A DNA stretch of 64,000 bases from Octopus sinensis. Lineage: Eukaryota. The position numbers and the translations under genes were made by a program. Numbering within the stretch: the first letter of the stretch is position 1; each line of letters starts with the position of its first letter. Below are positions 1-13,391 of this stretch, one piece after another. Below the pieces are notes generated by a model. The model was not told the origin of the DNA and did not search any database. It saw only the letters and a list, made by a program, of their open reading frames with translations. The stretch lies in assembly GCF_006345805.1 (NCBI RefSeq), contig NC_043001.1:109120001-109184000 (forward strand). The letters run 5' to 3'.

Positions 1-352
1 TATTATGTCTGTATATGTGAATACCGTTGTCTGAGCGTGCGTGCAGAATAAATATATATATTTGCGGGGGGGGGGGGGGGGTGGTGGTATTTAACATTTT
101 ATTTGCGATCGATTTACATCGGTAATTTAATTTTCTGTTTATATTTTCATAATTTTAAAACCAATTATTTTTTTTCTTCTTATTCAATATTAATAATATT
201 TTAGATTCTCAAATACATACCATACATCTGCTCTCACTCATTCTTCCTTTCTCTCTCCCTCTTTCTCTTTCACTCTAAACACACACACAGTTCTCATTCA
301 CAACACAGGCATATATATATATATATATATATGTATAATATATATATATAAG

Positions 353-576
353 TTTGAGGAACAAAGAAGAGACGCGCTTAAAGACAAGAGACGCAGGAGG
401 AAGGCGCGAGCCGCCTCTGACACCAAACCGGATGTTACCTTCATCTGTAGACACTGCTCACGGACCTGTCTTTCCTATATATCGGACTTGTCAGTTATGA
501 GCGTGCATGCTCGCAACGTGGACAGCCTTCCTGATCTTCGTTCGCGAAGCCGAGCCATGATGATAATGATGATGAT
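353..576 (+). mobile_element. RTE-clade LINE 3' end (C-terminal C2H2-like finger, 3'UTR, (ATG)n tail)
   Basis: Manual translation FEEQRRDALKDKRRRRKARAASDTKPDVTFICRHCSRTCLS-[frameshift]-IGLVSYERACSQRGQPS* matches the RTE ORF end (C..C.R.C.S.IGL.SH.R.C); followed by gatcttcgttcgcgaagccgagcc and an ATG-repeat tail. Confidence 0.8.
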
Positions 577-793
577 ATATATATATACTCTCACACACAA
601 ACACTCGCTTATACTGTGGCATGTATTTTGTGGACAACAGCGTCGATTCGTATAGGTTTTCAGTTGGTCAGTCAATAGTTGTTTGCAATTTTAAAGGCGC
701 GAGTTATAAGGGAAACAACAGCAAAGGTAGATAACTGCGATAATATTAAACAACTAAATATTTTTTAGAAAATACAGATCGCGACGATAAAAG

Positions 794-847
794 TATGTTG
801 TCTTGAAAGATAACTGCTGATATGTTGTCTTGAAAGATAACTGCTGA
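794..847. repeat. 27-bp perfect tandem duplication
   Basis: tatgttgtcttgaaagataactgctga occurs twice in tandem. Confidence 0.95.
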
Positions 848-918
848 TTGCAATGGATATATTTCCGTTGCATTTATATCTTTTGCTAAGCATATTGGCA
901 AAACCTGGAAGTGACCTC

Positions 919-950
<32 letters not shown>

Positions 951-967
951 ACACACATGTATATATA

Positions 968-1196
968 TTTCTTTTTTGCCCACAGGGGGCTAAATATAAA
1001 GGGGGAAAATAAGGAATGACAAAGAGTTTCAATCGATTACATCGACCCCAGTGCATAACTGGTACTTATTTAATCGACTCCGAAAGGATGAAAGGCAAAG
1101 TCGACCTCGGTGGAGTTTGAACTCAGATCGTAACGCTAGACGAAATACCACAAACATTTCGCCCGGCGTGTTAACGATTCTGCCAGCTCGCCGCCC
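968..1196 (-). mobile_element. tRNA-derived SINE family A, full-length
   Basis: Reverse complement reads ggcggcgagctggcagaatcgttaac...gagttcaaactccaccgaggtcgactttgcctttcatcc...tgtgggcaaaaaagaaa; many related copies in the window. Confidence 0.9.
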
Positions 1197-1661
1197 TGGT
1201 CAATCTCTCATCAACTTCAAGTATCACTTGAAGCGGAAGGTAAGAGTAGAGAGGCAAGTTTTGTCTAGTGAGTGCTTCAAAAAAAAAAAAAAAATGGGTG
1301 AATGTAGCAAGGATGGCACGTGTGAATGACAGAGCCAGCTGGAGCATAATCCTAAGAACAAAAAAAAAAAAAGGAAAAGAGAGAGTCACTTATTCTAATG
1401 TAGTTTTTTGCATGACATTATTGCCCAAGGTGACCGTGGTCTTTTCTTTAGACTTTTCTTTCCACAGATAAATCTAATCTGTTTTCCCTTTTTAAATTGA
1501 CATTTCTGTGATACACGATGCCTATTGATCGTTTTTTTTCACGATCCCTTTTGATCGAAATTCGACCCACTTTCTTTTCTCTTCTTCTTCTCCTCAAAAG
1601 AAAAGCTCTACTTTGTATTTTGTCCCTTCTGTGTTCCGCCCTGTGTGGCCAATAAAGAAAC
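1196..1661 (+). mobile_element. Tx1/L1-clade LINE, extreme 3' fragment (ORF2 end + 3'UTR)
   Basis: Clearly homologous to 32978-33599 (GQSLINF..KYHLKRKVRVERQVLSSECFKK.WVN.ARMAR.ND); ends tgtgtggccaataaagaaac. Confidence 0.9.
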
Positions 1662-2423
1662 ATATATACACATATATATATACACAGAAAGGGAATGCGC
1701 CGATGATGAGAGAACAATATGGCGGAGAGAAAATAAATCACGCGAGAATCTTCTAGTCCACTTAGCTCTATATTAGAGCATTTGTAAGGACAGAAGAATT
1801 AGATGTTAAGAAATAACGCGGTGTGCTTCTTACAATGCGAAGCGCGAATTAATAATTTATCACATTTTTTAATACATTTTGAGTGAATTACACATCTTCA
1901 GAGGAACAAAACAGTTAACGAATTATGAGACAGAGGTGATCGTTAGATGCGATCTGGATATTTCATTGATGAATATTTTGTACTATCACCAAACTAAATT
2001 ACTATTTTATCTTTTATGTTGTCTGCGCGATATTTCTTTAAAACAATTTCTATTTCGTATACATCGCTCACTGCTTTTTCCCTATATGAGTAATGGATAT
2101 AACAAGCATTTTGTACGCTGGTGCTTTTCAGCTCATCGTTTTCGATCTAAAAACGTTAATCATCCGTTATAATTAGTGCATCAGAAGGCAAAGTTTTCAT
2201 GTTGTAATCTTCCAACACAGCATGTAATGGGATTAGTATTGAAGTCAGAATATTGAGAGAATATCGGCAATCGTTTTTCCTTTGCGTCTTAGGTTTCTAA
2301 AAATACCAAAGCGCAACCTTACTTCGTATTATTAGTCAATAACGCGTTTCTGACATCTGGGTCATTGGAAGTACTTGTGCCAAAAAGCTAGAAATACACC
2401 GCTGGTAATCAAATTTAGAACCA

Positions 2424-2502
2424 CACATACTCATACATACACACATACATACATACATACATACATACATACATACATACATACATACATACATACATAC
2501 AT

Positions 2503-2533
<31 letters not shown>

Positions 2534-2640
2534 AATATATATTTATATATATATTTGTATATATATACACACACATACATAAATACATACATAGAATTGA
2601 TAACTGCATATATATATATATATATGCGTATGTTTACGTA
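2424..2640. repeat. (ATAC)n/(AT)n compound microsatellite
   Basis: Direct inspection. Confidence 0.95.
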
Positions 2641-3959
2641 GTTAATCATTTGTAGAAATTACTTGTAAAAGGTTGACCGCCGCTTATTTAAAAATAGCAG
2701 CTCATTAGACTGGCAATAGGACAAGATCACTTTGAGGTCAACGATGCGGTCATGTCCTATGAGCTCCATCGTGTCCGTGGTCAGGTTATTCATCTTACAG
2801 TTAGAATTATCTATATTTGTGTCTAATTGGTTCGCAGTTTAGGAATAATTAGATATTCTCATCAGCGATAACACTGTTCATTTGACAAATGTTTACTTAA
2901 CACACATGCGTTCAATATCGCTTCTGCTTTAAGTGGTTGAGATGTAAAATTTGACAATAACTTGAGATAACATCATGACATATATAAACCGTCACCTTTT
3001 ACTCTGGAAGCACGTTCTCTTTTCCTCGGTTTGTATAATTATTTCAAATTGTATAATTATTTCAAATTACGCACAAAATCAGCAAGTCCAGGAAACGGGA
3101 CAAGTCGATTACATCGATGCCAGGGCTCCACCGGAACTTATTTTATGAGTTTCGAAAGGGACAAAAGCAAAGTCGACCTCGGTGAAATTTGAACTCAGAA
3201 CGTGTTTCTAATTTTATATTAGTGTGCGAAAATGGTGGTTTGTATGCATTGCTGTAAATTATTCCAGCGCTCGGAGCTCAAATCCCATCGAAGTCGATCT
3301 CCGTGCCCTTCTTTCACGTTCGATCAATTGAGTGCAGTTTCATCGTGGAATGGCGAAATTGTATGACCGTCGGAAGTGATAATTTAAACCTGTTTCGATT
3401 TCTAAGTTCGAATTCCGCGAAGGTGCCGGGGATCAGAAATAATCAACAGGACACAATCATACTATTATTGGTCAAAAAGAGCGGGTAACATTATAATCAG
3501 CAGTGATAAGCAGTTGCCGTGTCTTAGCAAACGATAACACCTGTTAGTGCTATCTCAAAAGCTGGTGGTTTTCGTTACCATTTTAACATCACTACCTTAC
3601 TAGTCTGTTATAAATTTCAGAATAATTGTTTTCTGGTTCAAGTGTTTTCGATTTTGAGAAAACGCCATCAATTTTGAGGGTAGGAGAAGCCGTGACTTAG
3701 ATCGAAAAGAGTCGGATGAAATGCCGCTAAGCATTCTGTCCGGCTCGGTAATGATTCTTCTAGATCGCTCGCTTTCCTCTTTCAAATAATCCTTGGCCTG
3801 AAATCCTGGGAAGGGAACTACTCGATTATATCGGCCCTCAGGCTTGATTGCTACTTATTTTACCGAAACCGTAAGGATTAAAGGCAAAGACGACCTCAGC
3901 GGAATCTGGATTTAAATAGTAAAAGAATACGTTAAACTGGCTGTTCGTCAGTTACGCTG

Positions 3960-4252
3960 GTGCGTGTTTCTGTTCATCCGATTAACTGAACTCTCTGTTC
4001 GTGAAATTAACGTGCAAGCAACTGAGAACTCCGCAAACATGTGTACCCATAACGTAGTTTTCAGGGAGATTCAACGTGACAGAGAATGGGATAAGGTAAC
4101 CCTTTGAAATACCGGTACTGCTCATTTTTGCTAGTTGAGTGGAGAGCAACGTAATATAAAATGTTTTGTCAAGGGCACAACCCGTTGCCAGAAATCGAAC
4201 TTACGACCTTACGATCGCGAGCCGAACTCCTTTACCACTCACCCACACACCT
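3960..4252 (-). mobile_element. tRNA-derived SINE family C
   Basis: Reverse complement carries a tRNA-like head (agtggtaaaggagttcggctcgcgatcgtaaggtcgtaagttcgatttc) and a body homologous to 36829-37158. Confidence 0.8.
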
Positions 4253-6224
4253 TCCCAAAAGATACATTAAAGCGTTGCTTTCTACCAAAGTAACACACAT
4301 ACAGTAGTTTCTTCCTCTCTCCTTTATATCTATATTCAACATAGGTGTAGCCCTTCCTTATATTACTAAACAATGAAATATAATTGGTTATAAAAACGAC
4401 TTTTCTTAGATTCCCTAAATAAAAGAAAATATCATTTCAGCTAAACTCTCAATAGAAGAGATTATTATTCAATCCTGATATAAATAATTGGTTCTGAGGG
4501 TAGATTTTACGACGGTATGTCACGTCCATATCTTTCCACTATTTTACGTGCGTGAAGTGTCTGAGCAGAAACTGTAAATGTGTCTGTGTTTGTTTGAATG
4601 ACTCCTATATCGGCTTCTGTGACGATCGAAAAAGTTTATATTTATAGTAAAACTAATAGTTATATCAGAGAGAAAGAGAGAGAGAGAGAGGGTGGGATAA
4701 ATATATAAAGAGAGAGAGAGAGAGAGAGACAGAGAGAGACAGAGAGACAGAGAGACAAAGCGATTTTAAATATAGTGGACGCATTAGTTGGGTAAACTTG
4801 TCTGCATTTCCACGCACACCCTTGTCTCACGAAATAATTTTTTCTGCAATGATGCGAATGTCAAAACTTTTCAACGTTCTTTCACATTAAAAATCTCAGT
4901 AAAACCACCAATGTGAAAAAATCTTCTATTAATATTCCACACTAGTTAGATTACTGTTCCTTAGTACAGGCGGATCACTGTACATTATGGTTGTATAATA
5001 ATGCTAGTATTTGTTTATGCAAGTAATGGAGGAATTTTGCCAAAGCCGCAGTTGTTTTTGGCGTGGGTTTTATTTTTTGGCAAAAGCAAATGAAATATTG
5101 CTATATTTTATATTTGTAAATGTGTAGGAAGATGTACGATGTATATGTTTCATTTCGGTTTATGATTATGCTTTGGACAGTTGAAAAGCATCTCTGCATC
5201 GTATATTCTATTAGTGCTTTGGTTCCGGTGCTAATGCGATTATTAGTGTTTATTTATTATATTTTTTTTGTTTGAAGATGTTCATCTATTTTTGTTGTTT
5301 TAATTTTTAAAAACATTTTGTTTTGTTCCGATTGTTCTTGTATTTAATCATATTTCGTTTTCATAGAGTATAAAGTTTTGCTGTTGTTCATATTTTAGGA
5401 ATTATTGAGAAACCATCGACCAGACAGCTTGTTGTTTACCTACCATAAACAACAAGCGCCACCCCACCGTCTTTCAAAGAATGGGGAGGAGATTAAATCT
5501 AAACAAGACTTTCAAATTTTTGAAAAGAATCTGAAGGGCAAAATGAGGAAACTCAAAGAAAAATAAAATGAGCGAATTCCAACAAAAGCTAACCAGGAAA
5601 GGTAAATAGGAGTCCGACCACAGAATAATGAATTCATGGGTTATACAGTCTTTTACTAATGGCTGAAGGGCAACGCTTTCCAGACGATGGTCAAAGTATT
5701 GCCGAATGGGAAAATAATAGAAGATAAATACAAATAAGTGACTGATAGATTATTACTGAAATTTCCAAGAGCATGCTATGAATATTAAACAAATCGTAGC
5801 CGGATACTGATTGTGTAACCCACCCAAGACATAACGTTCCGAGTTAGGATGTTTTTAGTTGCATCAGATCTCAGAACGAAGCATGCTGGAAAGGAAAAAT
5901 TGTGGATTGCTCCGGCTCAAATTAGTATGAAGTTTAGACACATTTTTATAAATGGATTAATATGAATACTTCTGTGTATTTACTACTGTCATGTCTTGTA
6001 TTAATGACACAATATATTTTTCTTTATTAATTTCATATTTCATTAAAACTTTAATCCATATATTTCACAGCACTCTCGCATCACGCAGTGATTCTATAAA
6101 AACTTGTTTTCCCAAGGCGGTACACAGTGTAATTCAACTACGGTTTACAGTGATTGTTGTATTGTATGTATGATATATCGTGATCAGGGGCGTAGCTAGG
6201 ATAAATGGAAATAGAAAGAATGAT

Positions 6225-6262
6225 ATTAATAATAATAATAATAATAATAAAATAATAATATA

Positions 6263-6297
<35 letters not shown>

Positions 6298-6311
6298 TGA
6301 TGATGATGATG

Positions 6312-6353
<42 letters not shown>

Positions 6354-6463
6354 TAATAATATAATATAATAATGATAATGATAATAATAATAACAATGAT
6401 GATGATGATGATGATGATGATATGATAATAATAATAATAATAATAATAATAATTATTATTATT

Positions 6464-6529
<66 letters not shown>

Positions 6530-6530
6530 T
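6225..6530. repeat. (AAT)n/(ATG)n then (ATT)n/(GTT)n compound microsatellite with strand switch near 6452
   Basis: Direct inspection. Confidence 0.95.
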
Positions 6531-6562
6531 GTTGCTAACTTGTTTGGAATCATTATCAAAAC

Positions 6563-6725
6563 ACAGTGAGCTGGCAGAATTATTACAGAATGCTTAGCAG
6601 TATTTTGTCTGTCTTTACGTTCTGAGTTCAAATTCCGTCGAGGTCAACTTTACATGTCATCCTAACGTAGTTGATAAAACAAGTGAGTCGAACACTGGTC
6701 TCGAAAGAACCGACTAGCCCTCCCC
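6563..6725 (+). mobile_element. SINE family A, degenerate
   Basis: gtgagctggcagaat...gttctgagttcaaattccgtcgaggtcaact. Confidence 0.8.
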
Positions 6726-7108
6726 TCCCTCACCAAATTGCCTGACCCTCAATAACTTCTCATCTCAGAGTTCTTTGATTTTCTTCCCTATCATTATTGA
6801 CATAAACGTCTCCCTTTTCCTTCCTTTCTTCTCTTTTCCTTATTTCCTTCCGTTTTGTTTTATTTCTATTTTTGTTGCATTATTTTTAGTTCTCTCTCCC
6901 TCTTGTATATATACTCGCTGTCTGCCATCGCTTGTAATTATAATTATGAATGATGACTGTACCAATTAACGGATGACCCACCTTACAGAAATGTAATTCA
7001 AACTCCACGTCACCTACGACCTCATCCTCTCCCTACCCCTCCCTCCACTCCTCCCTGATCACACACACACACATATGTATATATATATGTGTGTTTGTGT
7101 GCATGTAT

Positions 7109-7140
<32 letters not shown>

Positions 7141-7964
7141 CCGCTTAAACACGTATTTAGGCATATATGCAAATGTGTATGTGTGTGTGTGCATGTGTAT
7201 ATGCGTGTGTGAATGTGCATATGTGCATGTGTGCGCAACTGTCTGTGGGCGTAAATAACTGTGTGTGTGCATAAAGAGAATTGTTGATTCCATGGACAGT
7301 TCTCAGTTACAATTAGATTGTATTATTAACAGGAAATATTTTCTGCCAGGCCATTTGCAGACAAACGATCACAACTTTAGAAATTGTGCTCCGAGTCACA
7401 AATACTTTTTGTGCATTTATATAAAACAAATCTCACATAAAAATGTCTGCTCAACATTACACAAAAAAAAGCGGAAAATTATGAGATGAGTTAGAAGCAC
7501 ATGTGCACGTGTGTATGATATCATTCTCTACTCATGACGGTACGTAGAAGGGGAGTGGAAAAACCACAACATTCGTTGTAAGTTAGAGACAAGTAGCAAC
7601 AACGTGCCAATGATATGGCCTCACGGTAAAGACAAAACATTGACAACGGGCCAACGAGGCTGCATCGATGAGTTAATGGTGGAATATTCATAAGATGGAA
7701 TTTCCTTAAATTGCTCATCCTGCAATGAAAGCTGGCCACGCTGAAACAGGACGTACATTTGTGTAGCGTAGTCCTAGATGCACAATGGCTGGAAAAATAT
7801 AGGAGGTCATGGCTAGAATACTCTGGGTACTTATCGATCAGAATAGAACTATCGCTACACAATATCTTCTAGGGAGAGTAAAAGAGAAAACAACTGTTCT
7901 CCAAGAAATTGATAAGTATTGTACCTGATAAGGAAATATGTATGTATATATACACACACACACA

Positions 7965-8066
<102 letters not shown>

Positions 8067-8850
8067 GTATATATATATATGTATATATATATATATGTGT
8101 GTGTGCATGTGTTTGTCTGTGCTTTTCTCCTGCTCCCGATTGGCAACTAGTCTTGATGTGTTTGTCCCGAACCGTAGCGGTCCGTCAAAATAAATCGATA
8201 GAATATATACCAGACTTTAAAAACGTAATTACTTGGATCGATTCATGCAACTAACATTCTTCAAAGCGGTCTCCCAGCATGGATGCAATCTAATGACAGA
8301 ATTAGATAGGAAAAAATAACCCACAAGGAAACAAAAGATAAGGTACATATCAGGAACGTGCCGCTTAGGTGGACAAGGTAGACAGTACCTAGCTTGAATA
8401 AAATAGAACAATAGCAACATTTTCCTCTCATGTCAAAAAATATGCACTTAATTCAATAAAACTATAAATGTTACTCAGCTTACTATGCATAAAATGCCAA
8501 ATATTATATTTTTTATAGATTAGGTAGGCATAATTCGCTCCTGCCTTTCAATCTCAGTATTTAAACTACACATAGGACTGCTGTGGTACACGTGCTGCAT
8601 ACATTCCTACAACAACGTTTTCTTTACACCGTATAAAGGCAGAAGTAAATCTATCTTCAACTAAGTCACGTGCGTGTGTTTCGCTTATTTTTTTTTCGTG
8701 TGTGTGTTTTACTATGTACACGTCACCAACTGCCTACCCTGGGTAATAACTGACGGAACGTTCCTGATACATATATTGGCAGAAATGGCAAGGCAAAAAA
8801 TAAAACTACAGATTTTACTCGAACGAATGCAAAGAACATACATCTTGCAC

Positions 8851-9021
8851 ATTATTTACATTATTTACATTTGACAGATATTTGTCCTCATCGTGTTTGT
8901 TGTTAACACAACGTTTCGGCTGATATACCCTCCAGCCTTCATCAGATGTCTTGGAGAAATTTCGAAACTGGGTTCTCATTCCTAAGGTTTTTTTGATGTT
9001 ATATTATTATTATTATTATTA

Positions 9022-9068
<47 letters not shown>

Positions 9069-9203
9069 TCACAGCCTGGAATCGAACTCGGAATCTTCGG
9101 GTTAGTTGCCCGCGTTCTTTATGCCTGTGGTGAGGACAAATATCCGGCAGATGTAAATAATGTAAATAATCTACATAATTCCTCATCTCTTAAATATAGA
9201 ACT
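8851..9203 (-). mobile_element. tRNA-headed, hammerhead-containing PLE-type non-autonomous element (copy 1)
   Basis: Homologous to 60276-60615; B box gagttcgattcc, (AAT)n spacer, HHR, and inverted terminal segments attatttacattatttacat...gatatttgtcctc / gaggacaaatatc...atgtaaataatgtaaataat. Confidence 0.75.
8905..8950 (-). ncRNA. Minimal type-I hammerhead ribozyme motif
   Basis: gacat-CUGAUGA-A-GGCUG-gagggtatat-CAGCC-GAAA-CG-UU-gtgtt; palindromic AACGUU stem III. Confidence 0.8.
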
Positions 9204-9244
9204 TTATATCTTGCATTCATTTTGCGCGGCTGAGTGTTAAGAAA

Positions 9245-9645
9245 ATGCGCAGGTGTGACTGAGTGGTAATAAGTAGGCTTTCCAACGTTAGAGTTTCGGG
9301 TTCAATCCCACTGCGTGGCACCTTGGTGAATGTTTTCTACCGTAGCCTCGGTTCACCTAAAGCTTTGTGAGTGTATCTGATTGGCGGAAACTGAATGAAG
9401 CCCATCGTGTATACATAGAGTGTGTATCTGTGTTTCTGTGAATGTGTTTGTCGCCCCCAGAGCTTGGGAACTGGTTTTGGTGTGATCACGATCTGGTAAT
9501 CTAGCAGTTCGGTAAACTACATCGATAAAATAAGTAAAAGGTATAAAACATGTAATGGGGTGGGGTGAGTTTTTCAATAAAATTCTTCTACGTGGTGCCA
9601 CAGCATGGCCGCAGTCTGATGACTGAAACAAGTAAAAGGTAAAAG
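9245..9645 (+). mobile_element. tRNA-derived SINE family B
   Basis: gggttcaatcccactgcgtggcaccttgg... internal (TG)n ...gtggtgccacagcatggccgcagtctgatgactgaaacaagtaaaagg. Confidence 0.85.
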
Positions 9646-9995
9646 ATATTAGCTTAAGAGTCATACTTCGTGACTTCAGATTTCATATTACGGAAAAAAT
9701 AAAAGAATATTTTTCCCATGACGAAACAAATACCACGTGACATAATATTTTCACCTGTAAATTACTTATTCATAATGAGATATGTTATGGAAATATGTTA
9801 TGTATCGTGTGTAGCATTTCCTCGTCTGATCATCTTTCGGAAACAGGTCTGCAACGTGAAACCTGAAGTCATGAAATGTTACTGTTTAGGCAATAATTAT
9901 TTATATATGCTTACATGCATGTACACACAAAACACACATACACATACACGCAAATAAATATACACACATAGAGATGCGTAAATAAATATATATAC

Positions 9996-10088
<93 letters not shown>

Positions 10089-10312
10089 ACATATATGTAT
10101 GTACATGTGTATGGCAGCATATATATGTATAAGCAGACGTGCTTCCGTTTTAAGGAAGCTCGATTCTCAAACATGGCACTTTAGTTCCAATGGGTGATAG
10201 GTAACCCTGGCGATTGACTTCTATTCTTGCCCTGGGCCGATTAAAGCACTTTAAGTGGACTACGTAGACTGAAATTGTGCGGAAGCTAATCCTGTTTATA
10301 TATGTATGCATG

Positions 10313-10376
<64 letters not shown>

Positions 10377-10494
10377 GTATATATATATATGTGTGTGTGT
10401 GTGTATGTATATGTACATATATTTAAACAGGATTAGCTCCCATACTATTTCAGTCTACCTAATATACTTACATGATTGATCGCTAAAACCTCAA

Positions 10495-10670
10495 GGTTTT
10501 TTTCATTCTCCTTCTGTTTATTTTCTCTTATTTCTTTCTGTTGAAGAGCGTAGACTCGAAACGTAAAAGACTTTCTCACCTTCCCGAGTGTCAAACTAAT
10601 ACGCCTGCTTCTTGTTTATACACCTGTCTCCGTCTTTTGTTTTTTTCTGTACATTTGTACATTTCAACTA
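10495..10670 (+). mobile_element. PLE pLTR-type short repeat with hammerhead-like motif (A6U core), ending in (TA)n
   Basis: tcttt-CUGUUGA-A-GAG-cgtaga-CUC-GAAA-CG-UA-aaaga at 10533-10570; homologous copy at 39285-39450 (-). Confidence 0.65.
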
Positions 10671-11373
10671 TATATATATATATGTGTGTGTGTATGTGTG
10701 TGTGTGTGTGTATGTCTATGAAAATATGTGTGAGTGCGCATGTGTGTATCTTTGTGCTTTGTTTATCATCCCTACGCTTGACAAGCGAACGAAGGGGCCT
10801 GTAAAAATTAACCGAGATGCTATAAATAGCAGCCCTATCTCCCTAAAACTAAACCTTAATATCATTAATGTACAACATAACAGTTTGACAAATTTAAAAC
10901 CTGATATACGAACACCAAAATGGAATAAGTCATCGGAATGTCTTGGAGGAAGCACTTTGGCCATATATCTGCTCACTCTGATGTAAAGCACAGCAACGAT
11001 AACACAAATAATTACTCTTGCCTAATGTTACAGAAAACATGTGGAATATTTGAGTTAATTCCCCAGAAGTATGGTTCCCGAATGTATGCCTTCACCTAAG
11101 AAATGTCACAAAGCACAGTAGGATTCGTTGTACAGAAAGTAGCGACACCTCACTCCTACAATCTTAGTAAATATTTCGATATCGCATATGATTAGATTAG
11201 ACAATATATTTTCACGAAAGAAACCAAAGCAGAGAAAGAGAAAAACAGAAAATAAAAAGGTGTTTCAAGAACAAAAAAATTGGCAGGAAAGTAAACCTTA
11301 GAAAAACTTAGAAAACAAGAAACCAATGTATTATGTGTATAAGTCGGTACAAACGCAGAATGTCCGTGCGTTC

Positions 11374-11990
<617 letters not shown>

Positions 11991-12209
11991 TCACACCTAA
12001 ATATTGATCGGTATTTTACTTTACGAAATGTCTGCCGTATTTCTTATTAAGTTTTATTATCTGATAAAAACAAAGTGAAGTTTACTTATTTTCGTAAAAT
12101 AACAAACACTTCGTGCACATTTCTCTTTTATTGTTGCTTGCTTCAGAGAATCCATTAAAACTTGTAAACAGGGTGTGTGATAAAACGCGTAATTCACATT
12201 TCCTGAATG

Positions 12210-12312
12210 TATCAATTCCCCTTGCGGTGCTGGCGCCGGAGCCGGTTCAGTCGATGATGTCCTCTGTGAGTGTCGAAGATGGCGGTGCGATTGTCAACGT
12301 CGCTTGGTAATT
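12210..12312 (+). promoter_or_regulatory. Candidate Pol II TSS / first exon
   Basis: CpG-rich island in AT-rich DNA; Inr-like TCAGTC at 12247, YY1-like AAGATGGCGG overlapping an ATG at 12279 (MAVRLSTSL), donor-like G|GTAATT at 12306/12307. Confidence 0.4.
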
Positions 12313-12610
12313 TAATTTTCGTTAGATAGATGTGTATATATATTGACAAACAGACAGTTAGTCAGATAGTAAAGTAGATAGAAAAATTCACTTATTCATG
12401 TAAAAGTCATGGACATCGATATAAATTTCCTAACAACTTTTTGGTAAATATTGTTTCGTCGATAGATAAACACAATCACTTATGTTTTCGTGAATCTAAC
12501 TCTGCAATTAATTAAACTTGTATTGTCTCCAGTGTATATCAAGATGTGATTTCTATAAAATATTTTGAGCCACCTTCTTTTTGGTAATGTGATAAAAATT
12601 GATTGTAGTA

Positions 12611-13006
12611 TATTCTTTTCTACTCTAGGCACAAGGCCCGAAATACTGGGGAAGGGCCAGTCTATTAGATCGACCTCTGTACGCAACTGGTACTTAATTT
12701 ATCGAACCCGAAAGGATGACAGGTAAAGTCGACCTCGGCGGAATTTGAACTCAGAACGTAAAGACAGACGAAATACTATTTCTTTACTACCACAAGGGGC
12801 TAAACACAGAGACGACAAACAAGGACAGACAGACGGATTAAGTCGATTATATCGACCCCACTGTGTAAATGGTACTTATTTAATCGACCCCGAAACGATG
12901 AAAGGCAAAGACGACCTCGGCGGAATTTGAACTCAGAACGTAACGGCAGACGAAATACCGCTAAGCATTTCGCCCGGCGTGTTAACATTTCCACCGGCTT
13001 GCCGCC
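12611..13006 (-). mobile_element. SINE family A dimer (full unit + headless second unit with a different tail)
   Basis: Minus strand: head..tail1 (ccccttgtggtagtaaagaaata) joined directly to gtatttcgtc..tail2 (tttcgggccttgtgcctagagtagaaaagaata). Confidence 0.85.
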
Positions 13007-13267
13007 TTTGAATATAGTATATTGTATATAGTGTGGATAACTCATTGGTTTGTAGGTTTTCTTCATTCTCACCTCGTATTTTCTCATTCTCAATATCCAT
13101 TTTACGACTTCGTTTCTCAAAATTCAGAATGTAAACATTAAATTCATCGTAAAATAGTTTGTTTTCCACTTCGGTCGTGTTTCGCATTTGAATGTTTGCA
13201 CGATCGTTACTGCATCAAATGGTGTATATTTGTGCCCAGGTGATTTAATATATGCATAAACGCATTT

Positions 13268-13301
<34 letters not shown>

Positions 13302-13391
13302 TACAGTGCATAATGGGCATATCCATATCGGTCGGAAAATCTTCATCTCATTTAGTGACCACGAACGATTTCTTCCAGAAATTGTATATTT

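Noticed and set aside
1710-1760. YY1-like aatatggcgg and cacgcgaga motifs as a promoter
   Set aside because: The ATG is followed by a stop after four codons and there is no Inr or donor support; too weak to call
7757-7800. Minus-strand peptide IFPAIVHLGLRYTN loosely resembling eIF2B-delta HPA.VRLGLQY
   Set aside because: Too short, the downstream GSNARC motif is absent and no supporting exons were found; likely chance
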